In this document: positions 1 to 12,300 of the stretch, piece after piece
How the letters are laid out: each line of letters opens with the position of its first letter
How positions within the stretch are numbered: the stretch's first letter is position 1
NCBI GenBank assembly: GCA_964016885.1
Contig: OZ024741.1
Location: 265,298,001-265,362,000, forward strand
Length of the DNA: 64,000 nucleotides
Reading direction: 5' to 3'
DNA from: Eledone cirrhosa
Taxonomy: Eukaryota
Notes under the pieces: generated by a model
Database searches by the model: none
Seen by the model: the letters and a program-made list of their open reading frames with translations, nothing else
What the model was told of the DNA's origin: nothing
Made by a program: the position numbers and the translations under genes

Positions 1-745
1 CTTTACCCGTTCGAGAAAGGCTCTACAGACACGGGCGCCCGGGTAGGGACCCCGCCAAAAAGATCTGTCCCAGATGCGTGTGCGACGAGGAAACCGTTGC
101 ACACGCATTGGTACACTGCTCGGGCGTAGCCGATCTGTGGGGCTATGTCGAACAACTGCTGTCAAGGGTGGGACCGATCCGGTTGACCACCGAGTCTATT
201 GTAATGATCAAGCCGCCTCCCCCCTTCAAAGATGAAGCAGAGGCGGTGTTTCTGTGCGTAATAGCCATGGCGAAAGAGGTTGTATGGTGGACGCGTCTGA
301 AAGGACTGAGGTCAGGCACCTTTCTCTCTGGCCAACAACTGGTCCGTTTCTTCCGATATCATTTCGGAAGAAGGATCAGGATGGAGAGAGAGGTGCTGCA
401 CCCCAGTCGTTTTTATGAAAGGTGGGTGAAAGTGGCGAGAATGGCCCGTGTGAATGGGCCTTCTCTTTACATAAGCCTGTAGGTGGAGAAGAGGAAGGAA
501 CGAGGGAGCACCCCCTCTCTGTGCTCCTGAGGAAAAGGGTTGCACACTTTTTTCGGGGGTGTGTGCGACCCCCCAAGGCGCCTCCTCTCTATTGAGGATT
601 TTGTTAAAAATTTTATTTTTTGTTATATCTTATTTTATTTTTATATTTTGTTATTGCCTCCTCCTTATTGAGGACGCCTTTTTGTGTAAACTCCCCCCTT
701 TGTACTTGTCCCACTTTTGATGCCCTAGTGGCAAATAAAAGAAAC
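1..745 (+). mobile_element. 3' end of Tx1/L1-clade LINE (C-terminal zinc-binding region of ORF2 plus 3' UTR)
   Basis: Frame reads CPRCVCDEETVAHALVHC (CxxC..ET.xH...C zf-RVT-like motif), then LWGYVEQ and AKEVVWWTR, stop at 482; pyrimidine-rich UTR and AATAAA near 735. Confidence 0.8.
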
Positions 746-776
746 TTATCTATCTCTTTATCTGTATGTCTGTTTA

Positions 777-837
<61 letters not shown>

Positions 838-856
838 CAGGTGTGTGTGTGTATGT

Positions 857-887
<31 letters not shown>

Positions 888-1107
888 CCTGTGTGTGCCT
901 GTGTGTGCCTGTCTACATATTAAATGTCGGTGAGGATTGTTTGAGCTATTAAAGAAGCTGCTAGCCATCCCATCTTCTCATCTCTGTTCCATCGTTCTTT
1001 TCATTGTTTCTTCTGATAAAAATAACTTTTAAAACTATTCTTTCTTTTGCGACCAAATGTTGTCATGCAGCAGTTTGGTAAGTAGTAAGTAGTGAGAGGA
1101 CTATATA

Positions 1108-1402
<295 letters not shown>

Positions 1403-1640
1403 TGTGTGTGGGTAGAATTCCTGAGATCCATGGGCGAGTTCTCTCCAGCGGTCTCTGTCCCTCATCATCGCTGATGAATAGTAGATAGAAAACTGTATTC
1501 GTGAAAAGAAGTTCATAGTATTAGTAGAACGTCCTTCTGTAGTCTGTGTTATCACTATCCCTGGTGGTGTAGTCTGTGGCCGAGAACATGAGAGCCTGTA
1601 AGACCAGGAGAGGGAGAGAGAGGAGAGAGAGAGAGAGTGG

Positions 1641-1700
<60 letters not shown>

Positions 1701-1886
1701 GAAGCTGGAAAGCCACGACAATGCAGGTTTGGACAGAGGAAAAATCTAAACGCAAAAAGTAGGTGGGGGGTTCTATTTTTTACCTTAATTTATTCTTATG
1801 TCCTGATATTTCGAGATTAATATCCCTTCATCCAAGGAAAATAAAGGAACTATTCCAGTGTCCGATGCTGGCCAGCGTTTTATAGA

Positions 1887-1949
<63 letters not shown>

Positions 1950-1953
<4 letters not shown>

Positions 1954-3010
1954 TCACCCATTGGATAACAGCGAACAGATCCGATTGTAGTCATGTCTGG
2001 TCTCCCACTTCGTCGAGGATCTTCTGGAGCCTGGAATCATCTGCGAAAATGCTTAATGACGTCTATAATGTCATTAATGTAAATAATTGTTTCTACTTTT
2101 GGCACAAGACCAGCAATTATCCCAGTACATTACTGGTACTTTATTTTATCGACCCCGTAAGGATGAAAGGCAAAGTTAACCTCGGCGGGATTTGAACTCA
2201 GAATGGCAAGGGCTGTAACTCTATGCGTCAAAGCATGGCGTCCGACCCTCTACCGATACTGCCAATCCACCACCCCTTACCAGAAAAGAAGTGGGCTCCC
2301 TACAGTGCCTTGTGGGACTCCACTACTGACTTTGGCTGATTTTAGTCATGATTTTAGCCTCATCATGGAGGATGTTATTTTCATCAGCCAGAGGGTCAAA
2401 AGTGTAACGGTGTTTGCAAATATCTGCCAAGTTGTTTTGATGTTGGTGGAGGTGTGTGTGTGTGTCTGTCTGTCTGTTTGTGTGTGTGTGTGTGTAAGAC
2501 CTGTCAACATGTATGTAAGATATCCCAATTTGTATTATAAAGATTTATGTTATCAAATGGGTGGGCTAGAGAGAGGTTGATATGTTTAACCTTTGGCAAG
2601 TGGATTCTCAGATTACAAACAACCATGTCATGACCTGAGAGAAGGGTTTTTTCCACTGCAGTATTGTAAATGGTGTTTGTGGGATTACTATACACTAGGT
2701 CCAAATGTTGTTTTGACATCTTGCTGGTGTGAGCCAAGTTGGGACAGGAAAAGCTCATCCATGAAGTCGGAGAGTGATTCTACAGCTGCTATGTCAGAGG
2801 TTGAGGTGGAAATACTTGGTTTCAAGCTGTTTGTAGACCAATCAACACACGGTAAATTGAAGTCCTCCGTGATTAGTATGTTATCAGAATGGCACTGCTG
2901 GACAAAGTATTAATACCTTATATTACTGAGACATTCCTTGAAGTATAGTGAAGGTTTTTGTGGTGACCTATAGAACCCAACTACTGTTAAGTCATTGGTT
3001 TTATTGTTCA
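1950..3010 (-). mobile_element. Decayed, internally deleted CR1-like LINE (APE endonuclease and RT fragments) interrupted by a SINE
   Basis: Minus-strand fragments: VVGFYRSP, ITEDFNLPCVDW, LDLVYSN...GHDMV (APE); KVSSGVPQGTVGSPLLF (2283-2335); INDII..FADDSRL...LQSDLFAVIQW (1955-2080). Confidence 0.8.
2084..2275 (-). mobile_element. tRNA-derived SINE, family A (Sauria/Meta-like central domain)
   Basis: Minus: A-box-like TGGCAGTATCGG, B-box GAGTTCAAATCC, core GCCTTTCATCCTTACGGGGTCGATAAAATAAAGTACCAG, tail GCTGGTCTTGTGCCAAAAGTAGAAAC. Further full or partial copies near 3335, 15075, 27655, 28690, 31975, 32100, 35232, 43325, 43520, 51915 and 52070. Confidence 0.85.
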
Positions 3011-3177
3011 CAGTAGTAGTTGGAGAATGTGTCATGTGGGGCTAACGTAAAAGAAAATGGCAGTTCCACCCTTTATTCTACCGACACGACTTGTGCAGAT
3101 GGTTGTGAAATTCCTCAACCTCACTTTAGATTCCAGGCCATACTTCTAAAAAAAATTCAAGGCAGTTCAGAAAGTCA

Positions 3178-3250
3178 AACGGGCCGCATGTTGCTCATGA
3201 CAACGGGCCGCATGTTGCTCATGACAACGGGCCGCATGTTGCTCATGACA
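3178..3250 (+). repeat. 24-bp tandem repeat, 3 copies
   Basis: aacgggccgcatgttgctcatgac repeated three times perfectly. Confidence 0.9.
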
Positions 3251-3559
3251 GCAATAGAAGATGTAATATTTTACGAAGATGAAATAACAGAAATATATTA
3301 CTGAAAGAACCAGGAAGAGGAACAAGAATTATGATTTCTAATTTAGGCACAAGGCCAGCAAATTTCGCAGAAAGGGTAAAGTTGAGTAAATCAACCTCAG
3401 TACTTGACTGAAGAAGATAGATATATTAGTTTTAAGACAGTGTTTTCGTGTGGCACCTGGAAAAGTGTCATTTACCATAGCCTAATGTTGACCCAAGCCT
3501 TGTGATTGAAATTGGGTAGACGGAAACTGTTTAGAAGCCCGTCGGATGGATTGTACTTA

Positions 3560-3740
3560 TAATTCAAAAGGCCAGCCTGGTCACACTTTGTGTCTCACTG
3601 AATCTCTCAGGGAAGTACGTTAAAGAGTACACGTTTGTGGAATGGTCTGACAGTAGCACATTGATTTCAGGTGCAAGATTTTCTATTGATCGAACAATTG
3701 GAACACTCACTCATCGTCGAAATCGATGGCAGTCCATTCC
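3560..3740 (-). repeat. Dispersed repeat (SINE-like); related copies near 13725-13780, 38490-38660 and 44365-44420
   Basis: Reverse complement aligns with ttccagtt..tcaacagaac..gtgcaagtggctgagcattctacagaca..cttaacgta..attcagtg..tgtgacaag..ggccctttgaatta at 38.5 kb. Confidence 0.6.
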
Positions 3741-4182
3741 ATTCCATAAATCTAGTTACACAATGCTGTCGATTAACACAAAGGTTAAACAATAACAATA
3801 CCACAATAAATGTGTCTTTTTACATTTATGCGGGTGTTTCCAGCATTTGCTCTTTAGAAGAAGTTAATAGAAGATATAGATATATATATATATATGTGTG
3901 TTGAGGATGTTAATGTTTGTGTATTGCATTAGTATCGATTGAAGTCACCGAAGCAGTTTAAAGGAATGTTGTGGTTAATAGCATCATACGACTTTATAAT
4001 GTTTTTAATATATAATTTATTTACAAACCGATTACAAAGTTTAGCTGGCACGCCAATAGAAATGAATAAACAAATTAAGAGATTAAGAAGGTACAGTCAA
4101 CTGTCTGGGGCGTTAGCCAGGCCGGTGGTAAAGTTCGGTAGCTACATTTTGGAATGTTTGTTGAGCAAATCCAAGAGGTGTT

Positions 4183-4292
4183 ACCTTAACGGTGTCCAGC
4201 TGCAAAGAGAAAGAGTTTTTCGAAAGAAACGGGAATTTCTCCCTTTGGGCGGAAGTTGAGATACATCTCCCTACGCTGGTAGCGATTGGCTG
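4183..4292 (-). promoter_or_regulatory. Candidate Pol II promoter and short first exon (CCAAT, GC/ETS box, TCT-like start, splice donor)
   Basis: Minus: agCCAATcg (4285-4289), acttccgccc (4247-4256), ctctttct (4208-4215), aag|GTAAC donor at 4185/4184; unique CpG-containing patch. Confidence 0.4.
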
Positions 4293-4529
4293 AACTGAGC
4301 CAAACAACGCACGGAAGAAAGTATTAATGAGCCCTCGGAAAGTAGCTTGCTACAGCTCTCTCTCTCTCTCTAAACACGCATTCGTACATTTTGCCGAAAA
4401 TTCCAGCATTTTCGGAGGATTCCCATATTTACTATATTTTATTGTTTTGTACCACAATTTTTTGTTATTCAGACAGTATTTCGATCTATTTCGCAGTCTG
4501 TAAAAAATAAAAAAAAAGAGGGCTGCTGT

Positions 4530-4690
4530 TATTGTTAGTGGTGGTGGTGGTGGTGGTGGTGGTGGTGGTGCTGCTGCTGCTGCTTCTGCTGCTGCTGCTG
4601 CTTCTGCTGCTGCGGGTGCTGGTGGTGCTGGTGGTAATGGTGGAGTGTTGTTGTTGGTGGTGGTGGTAGAGGTGATGGTGGTGGCGGTTT
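4530..4690 (+). repeat. Compound trinucleotide microsatellite (GGT)n/(GCT)n
   Basis: Directly visible. Confidence 0.9.
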
Positions 4691-4699
4691 AACCTTTAC

Positions 4700-6552
4700 G
4701 CTCTCGTTATTGTATAACCGAACAGGAGACTTCTCAGCAGAGTCGTTCTGTTAGAGAACGGGTTGTAGAAAACGCGTCACAGGTATCGGATCGCGAAATA
4801 CAGGCACTAGATATGATGGTTAGTTGCAATATAAACGGAATCCAACAACGGTAAACTACTAGGGGAGGTGGAGCAATAGGGAACACTGTTATCTCCCAAG
4901 AAAACCCTCACACCCAGTGATGTAGCTACGACGAGACAAGTAAAAGTCGTCTCTAAAAGTGTCTAGTCGTGGCGTGCCTGAAAAAGTTTACCAAATTGGT
5001 GACCGGTGCGATTGAAACCACCAAAACACTGCAATATAGCTAGACACAACAACTGCAGTCATACCACATCGTCCTATACGTTGGATAACAAGGAACGCAT
5101 TCAGGCTTGTTCGAAGACTATATTGTACTGTCCATCCAAAGCTGCAAAAACTGGCGATGGGCCTGCGACCTATCCTGAGACTCCAACAGGATCCGGAAGG
5201 GAGCAAACCATGACAATTAATAACTGGAACGTTACAACCCTAAGGGACATGAACTAGTGGAGGTGGCCAGATGCTATCGGTTAGAGAAGGTATTCCTTGG
5301 CTGACTCGTGTGTGCCGGGTGGCCTGGATTCCTGGAAAGGCATCTAAGCAATGGCAATCGGGAGTGATAATCACAATTTTCAAAAAGGGAGACAAGAGAG
5401 ATTGCTCCAATTATAGAAGGATCTCCTTGTTAAGCCTTTCCGGTAAAGTTTATGCTAAATGTCTGGTAAAGACATGAAGGGATATTGTCAAGTACAAGCT
5501 AGCTAACGAACAGTGTGGTTTTCACCGCGGACGCAGCACAAACCTCAAATATTCTGAGTGCGGAAGGTTTTGGGGAAATTGTGGGAGTATTGCGAAGAGG
5601 TATATGCTTGTTTCGTAGACATTGAAAAGGCATATGACCACGTTCCACGGGACCTGCTGTGAAAGGTTCTGTAGGAGTATGGCATTGATGGATTGATGCC
5701 TGTTGCTCTGATGTCTCTATACGAATGCCCTAGTATTTGTGTTCAGATAAATGGTGCTATGTCGAAACCATTCAATATGGGTGTCGGATTCCGTTAAGGG
5801 TGCGTACTGTCACCTCTCCTGATCTCTATAATCTTCATGGGCAGGGTTGACACATGCAGTCGGGCTGGAAGAGATATCGAGACTGTCGGTTGTAGGATTA
5901 ATCAGCTGCAATTTGTGGTTGACACGGTACTACTTAACTCGTCAGAATGTAATCTCTGACATGCCCTTGATAGATTTGATGCGGAGTGCTGCATGGCTGG
6001 AATAAAAATCAGTGCTGCTAAAACTGAGACGCTCGTCCTCTCAAGGAAACCTGAGCAGTGCATTCTACATGTGAGTGGATTTCCTCTGAAGCAGGTGGAG
6101 AAGTCCAAGTATCTGGGTGACGTGTTCATGAGTGATGGGAGGCAGGATATCGAATTAAGTGCCAGAATTACAGGAGCGGGTGCAGTAATGTGCCAGCTTC
6201 AGCATTCGCTCATCAGAATAAGGGAGGTAGGTGTAAAAGCCAAATTTACTAACTTTAATTCGGTATTCGTGCCAACACTTACCCATGGTCATGAATCTTG
6301 AGTAATGACTAAAAGAATACGATCGCGAATACAAAGGGCCGAAATAGGGTTCCCCGAAGGGTCTCTGGAGTGCCATTACTTAATAGAGTGCGTTGTCCGG
6401 AGGTCTAAGAGTTTCTCCAGGTAGATAGCGCAGCTACTTCTCTAAATTAAGAAACTAACCCGCAAGATACCCAGAGATAGACCCCCAAGCAAAATAGTTG
6501 GATAACGGTTGCTTCAGACAGGACCCTCTGGAAAGCGTACTTGTGGACTCAG
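4700..6552 (+). mobile_element. Decayed RTE-clade LINE (Expander/Rex3-like) with endonuclease mostly deleted
   Basis: APE start TINNWNVTTL (5209-5245) joins almost directly to RT: WQSGVIITIFKKGDKRDCSNYRRISLLSLSGKVYAK, EQCGFHRGRST, ACFVDIEKAYDHVPR, GCVLSPLL, KQVEKSKYLG, FVPTLTHGHES; many stops and frameshifts. 5' boundary approximate. Confidence 0.85.
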
Positions 6553-6598
6553 ACCCCCCCCCCCCCCCCCCATATACACACAAACTCACAGGATAGGT

Positions 6599-6698
6599 GA
6601 AAGAAGAAGAAGAAGGAAAAAAAAGAAGAAGAAAAAGAAGAAGAAGAAGAAGAAGAAAAAGAAGAAGAAGAAGAAGAAGAAAAAGAAGAAGAAGAAGA
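6599..6698 (+). repeat. (GAA)n microsatellite
   Basis: Directly visible; explains the poly-K ORF. Confidence 0.95.
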
Positions 6699-7329
6699 AT
6701 GGATTATATTTGTTCGGACATTCACTTTCTCTCTATTTCTTTAAAATTATAGCTATGGTTTGTTATGGGTGTTGTTAGGATTAAGGTTCTACACTTTATT
6801 TATTGTATTTCACCCATGAAATACAATAAACTTGAAAAAAAAAACGGACTTTATCAAAAGTAAAAACAGAAAAAAAGAGAATTTACCAAAAGTAAAAACG
6901 GAATTAAGGAAACTTTGTCTCCCTACATTTTGTACTAATTCACATATCTCCCTTACTGTCCTATGTGTATTCATTTTGATGAAAAGAAAAAGCAAATAGT
7001 AACCAATCAGCTTTATCACAGGTGGAAATGACGCCCGCTTCATCTCACTTTTAGCCCATGATGCCTTTTTCCTAGGACGCAATGACCAGTTTTGACTCTT
7101 TGAATTTGGGACTCCTGATCTAAGGTATAAACAAAAACTTAGGTACGTTTGACCTTTTATTTAATATTATTTTTTTTTTAACTTTGGCCAAGTAGATAAA
7201 TAGATATTAGTCTCTTTCCTGTGCCACCAATTATGAAGATGTCATCGTTCACCTTTATTTTTGTGGCATGTTTTTTTCTGTTCTTCAGACTTACCTGGAC
7301 AGGAGATGTAGTTCCTGTCATTTTCTCTA

Positions 7330-8210
7330 CTGATAGATTGATAGATGGCTCAAACAATTCATGCATGATAAGATGGACCCACTAACTAACTTTTAGAATG
7401 TTTTTATATGACTAGAGACTACACAAAGTTGTTACAAAGTTCTGTGACATGTCTACGACAACTGGGACCCTATTATGGCAAAGTAGAAATAATATATTAG
7501 AAAATTAAAGTTATTATGAGCAACAGTGAAATGCCCTGGGTCAACTGTTGTTAGCTTGAGAGTTGACAATTGAAGTATAAACATAGGAAGACATAATTTA
7601 GTCAGGTATAGAGTTCACAATATAAACAGAGCTTGTTTTTTTATGGGATACTCTTGTCATTTCGTACATGACATTGCTTCCTTTGTTTCAGTGAAATTTA
7701 GAGATATATCAATAGTTTCTAGCTAGAAGAACTTTGCATTGATTTATTTTTCTGTTTTGATAAGAATACAACACAAAAAGGGGGTAATTAAAGGAGTTTT
7801 GTTGCTTTTACAATACAAAATATAAAGACATTTTGATGAATATGTCAAGAAGGTGATTAAGTCTAGAGATGGCAGTAAATAAAGTTTCTTCTACTTTTTG
7901 GTGCACTACACAATTTTTTTTCTATGTCCTTTGATAATAATAAGTGTTCCAGGTGTGTTTTCAAAAATACATTTACTGTTTTATCAGGCTGTTTTGTTGC
8001 CATCTTTCACCAATTTTAACTTATTTTTACAAACAGAAGACTCTTTGATTCACCTGCTAGTCGGTGAATTACAATCCTTTCTTAAGAAACTGTTTAGACA
8101 TTAGATGTCTTTTTAAATAAAATGTCTTGTTTGAAAGAAAACAATGTAAAAGATGGAAGAAAGTCATCTCAGTTATAAAGATGTCTGTATTGGATTTATA
8201 ACTAAATCTG
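7330..8210 (+). pseudogene. hAT-superfamily transposase relic
   Basis: Fragments across frames: IDGSNNS, MPWVNC..SLRVDN*SINIGRHN, FFMGYSCHFVHDIA (decayed CxxH), EELCIDLFFCFDKNT, MSRR*LSLEMAV (decayed RW motif), LLFYQAVLLPSFTNFNLFLQTEDSLIH. Confidence 0.7.
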
Positions 8211-8336
8211 TAATAATTTATATTTAAGTTAACAATTTTGTTTATTGGTTGTTTAATAGAATATTTCAGTGTTAATGTCTTCTACTATATATGTCTTGTG
8301 AGTGGAATTTGGTAGACAGAAACTACAGAAGGCCTT

Positions 8337-8389
<53 letters not shown>

Positions 8390-8396
<7 letters not shown>

Positions 8397-8712
8397 TAAA
8401 CGGAATAGAAAATGCTGACAAATTGTTCACAGTTGAAAAATAGTTTAATTAGGAATAAAAGAGTATTAGTAATTGTATTGGTTAGTATTCAGTTGTGGTT
8501 TTAAGTTTTTACTGATCTCAGATCAGAGCAAACAATTTGAACGCTCTATCTCAAAATTATTTTTGAAAAGCATTTAGAAATGCGCAACCGGTAAAAACTT
8601 AAAACCACAACTGAATACTAACCAATACAATTACTAATACTCTTTTATTCCTAATTAAACTATTTTTCAACTGTGAACAATTTGTCAGCATTTTCTATTC
8701 CGTTTACCAATA
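8390..8712. repeat. Inverted repeat (about 122-bp arms, 78-bp spacer) between (TA)n tracts; Penelope-like terminal remnant
   Basis: 8390-8512 is the reverse complement of 8591-8712; the spacer holds a decayed hammerhead-like motif. Confidence 0.85.
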
Positions 8713-8743
8713 GATAATAACTTGTGTTACACCTCTATTCTTT

Positions 8744-8801
<58 letters not shown>

Positions 8802-9234
8802 TAACAGAATCGCTGCTTCCGCCCTTAACGGGATCTTCTGAAACTCTTCTGATTTTAGTCTTCACATTTATTATTATTACTATATATATATATATATGCG
8901 TGTGTGTGTGTGTGAGTCAGCGTGTGTGTGTGTGTGTATATATATATTCGCGGGCACATGGAAATACTCGCTTTGGTACCCGAGCGTGGAGTTAGCCCAC
9001 CATGAGTGAGAGACCCCTAGTTCAGCTGGACATCATTCTATGAGAAGTAAAATTTTGATGTAAAACCTGCGACTCAATTGCAGCCAATGATGTTGACCTG
9101 TTCTGCTCTTTGGTTACCTGTCACCGAGAGTGGAATTGGTGCAGTCAAGGCCTTTTTTCATTTACAAAAGCTTCAATCACAGGCATCCCTAGATGTAAAT
9201 GACTTTCACGTGTGTTGCGTGAACGTGGACTTTT

Positions 9235-9372
9235 CGTTTTTATTTCGCTGCAGCATATGTAGAAAGAAATCTAAGTCCTTCGGAGGCCTAAAAAGTCATT
9301 TTCGTGTCACCCATGTGTGAGAAAAAGGTCAAGAGATGACAATTCTCGAAACTGTGATGCAGCCATTATGTT
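9235..9372 (+). mobile_element. 3' end of an RTE/BovB-like LINE (terminal C2H2 finger)
   Basis: CSICRKKSKSFGGLKSHFRVTH then stop, followed by a short tail; single finger with no TGEKP linker. Confidence 0.5.
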
Positions 9373-9384
9373 GTTGTGTGCATA

Positions 9385-12300
9385 CATCTATGACTGACGC
9401 ATCTGGAAACATCATCGGGTGTTTCGGGTCTTTCAACATCATACACCCTTCTCCAGGTGACCCAGCTGGGGCTGATCAGACCCCAGCTTGTGTCCAGATG
9501 GCCAGCTAGCTACCATGACTCCATGGCTCTCCTCTTTTGATCCACAGCCATCTTGAGTCTCTCTCTACCGCATCGGTGGTACTGCGGATGGCCTTCTTCC
9601 TTCTCACTCCCTCGATGCCCAAACTGTTGAAGGCTCTGGTCAGGGAACGGGCTGCGAAACCCCTGCATCCAATCTCCACTGGGAGACACCTCGCTCTCCA
9701 ACCAGCCTGCTGACAGTCACTGACCAGAACCGCGTACTTGGAGAGCTTTCTCTCAAAGGCTTCTTCCAGGCGATCTTCCCATGGGACAGTCAACTCCAGC
9801 AGCACTACTTGCTTGGTGGACTCAGACATGAGAACAATGTCTGGTCGCAGGGTAGTGACCGCAATGTGGCCAGGGAACTTCAGCTGACGCTCAAGATCCA
9901 CCAATAGCTGCCAGTCTCTTGCAGATGTTAGGATGCCCGCCGATGTTTTCCTGGAAGGGGTTGGCTACTCCCCAGCTCTGACAAAGGCGATGGTTTTCTT
10001 GGAGGGTCGGAACCGCTTCGCCCACACAATTCCTGTGCTGATGGCTTCAGCGATGGTCTTAAGGACTTGGTCATGCCTCCAGTGGTACCGTCCTTCTCCA
10101 AATGCCCCTGTGCAGCAGCTGAGGATGTGTTCCAGGGTTCCTCGCTTGGAGCATAACGCACATGCTGGTGTCTCTGCTATGCCCCATGTGTGCAGGTTTG
10201 AGGGCTTGGAAGCACATCGTACACTGCCTGGATGAGGAATTTAATGCGGTGAGGTTCGGCTTTCCACAGCTCAACCCAGGTCACTTTCCTCTCAACCGCA
10301 TTCACCCATCTTGTCCAATCTACCAGTTGCTTCATTTCTACTGCCTTGCAAGTTCTCATTTCCTCCACTGCAACTCTCACCTCCTCCTGAACAAGGCGGC
10401 GCCCTTCCTTCTCGCTGGTGTTCATTTGGGGTGTCGGAAAGGAGCCTAGCCCAGCTCTTGTGTAACCATTCCCACAAGTCTCCTTTGGTGCAGCCTTGCC
10501 TCTGCCTCTTGAATTGCCTCCTCTGCCCTCCACTTCCTGCCAGTCCTCACTTGGATCCCTGCTTTAGCCACCTTCGGATCACAAGAGTCCCTGTACTGGA
10601 CCACTTCTCTGGCTCTTGCCACCTTGAACTCCTCCTCCAATGATTTGAAGGGTAATTGCAGTTTCGTGTTGTTACCGTAGAGTGCGATGCTGCTCAGGCT
10701 CCTTGGCAATCCAAGCCATCTCCGGAGGTGGCTGCTGACCCTCCTCTCTAAGGTCACCACTGTTGAGATGGGGACTGCATAGACAAGGAGGGGCCACAGG
10801 ATCCTGGGAAGAATGTCGTATTGGTAGACCCAGGCTTTGAACTTCCCAGGTAGGCCTGACTTGTCCACGGATTTCAGCTAGTCATCCAACTCAGTGCAGG
10901 CTGACTGGATAGATGTAGTATCTCTCAATGAGCTGTCGAAAACCTTGCCCAAGCTCTTGACTTGCTTCTCTGTGATTGTTCGAATGACTGTTCCTCAGAT
11001 GTTAAACCGGAACTTGTCCTCCACCTTCCCTTTCCTCAGCACCATAGATCTTGATTTGGTTGGTTTGAAACGCATCCGGGCCCACTCCATCACCTTTTAG
11101 AGTCCCTGCAGAATCCACTGGCAGCCTGGGCTGATTCTGTCATTACTGTGAGGTCATCCATGAACGCCCTAATGAGTGGTTGCTTTTGTCCGGATTTCGA
11201 TAGGGGCCCTCTGCACTCTGGCTCAGCAGACTTGGTAATCATGTTCATGGCTAGGGAGAATAGTGTAACAGAGATAGTGCACCCCGTGATGATGCTGTTT
11301 CCATCTTGTGCCAGCGTGATGTTATTGCTTCCGAAGAGACCCTCATCCTGAAATTGGTGTAGTAATCAGCGATGAGGTCTCTACACCTGCTTGGGACATG
11401 ATTTTTTTGTCAACGTGAGCTGTACCAGCTTGTGTGGAATGGAGTCGAATGCATTTGCCAGGTCAAGCCACAGCACAGACAGGTTACCCCTGTTCTCTCT
11501 TGCCTCTCGAATCAGCTGTGTTACCACACCGGTATGCTCCAGACAGCCTGGTATTCCCGAAATGCCACCCTTCTGTACAGATGTATCGATGTAGGTGTTC
11601 TGACCCAGGTAGGCACACAGCCGTTTGGAAACAATGCTGAAGAAGATCTTTTCCTCCACACACAGCAGGGAGATGATGCGGAATTGGTCTATCTGGGTAG
11701 AGTTTTCCTCCTTCGGGACCCACACACCCTCAGCTACTCTTCATTGTTCTGGGAACCTCCTTCTTCTCCAGAAGACTCGCAGGATTTTCCACAGACGCTG
11801 CAGAAGTTTGGGACAGTTCTTAAACACTTTGTATGAAGTTCCACTTGGTCCTGGAGCAGAGCTTGCCCTTGTTCTGCGGACAACCTCCCCGACTTCCTTT
11901 AGCTGCAGCTCTGTCATGTCAAACTGCACCTCTGGTTCAGGGGGGGGGGTCTATGGGGATGTTACACTCTCCCAACTCCTGCTCTCTTGCTGTACGTCTT
12001 CCTCAGATGCCGGATTATGTCTTCCTGCGAGGAGGCAAGTTACCACTGCGCTTCTGCCCCAACAAATCCTTAGTGAACGTGAAGAGGTTGGAGATAAAGG
12101 CAGCACGCTTGCGCGCCCTCTCACGGCGCCGCCTTCGGTGCTCGGTGCCGTTCAACCCGGCGGAGAACCTTGATCTTTTCCCGTAGGCTGCACATTAGCT
12201 GGTCCAGGCCAATGCGTTCCTCATCTCCGGCCTTTTTGTATTGGGACTTCAGTGCCTTCATATCCTGCCTGATGTTAAGGATCCTAACAGCTCTTTGATT

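Noticed and set aside
1471-1500. CTGATGA...GAAA near an RTE fragment
   Set aside because: No credible stems I-III.
2084-2275. A/B boxes as a tRNA gene
   Set aside because: No cloverleaf; followed by SINE core and tail, with many diverged copies.
9078-9320. C2H2 motif as a host zinc-finger gene
   Set aside because: Single finger directly before a stop, no linker array; better explained as an RTE ORF C-terminus.
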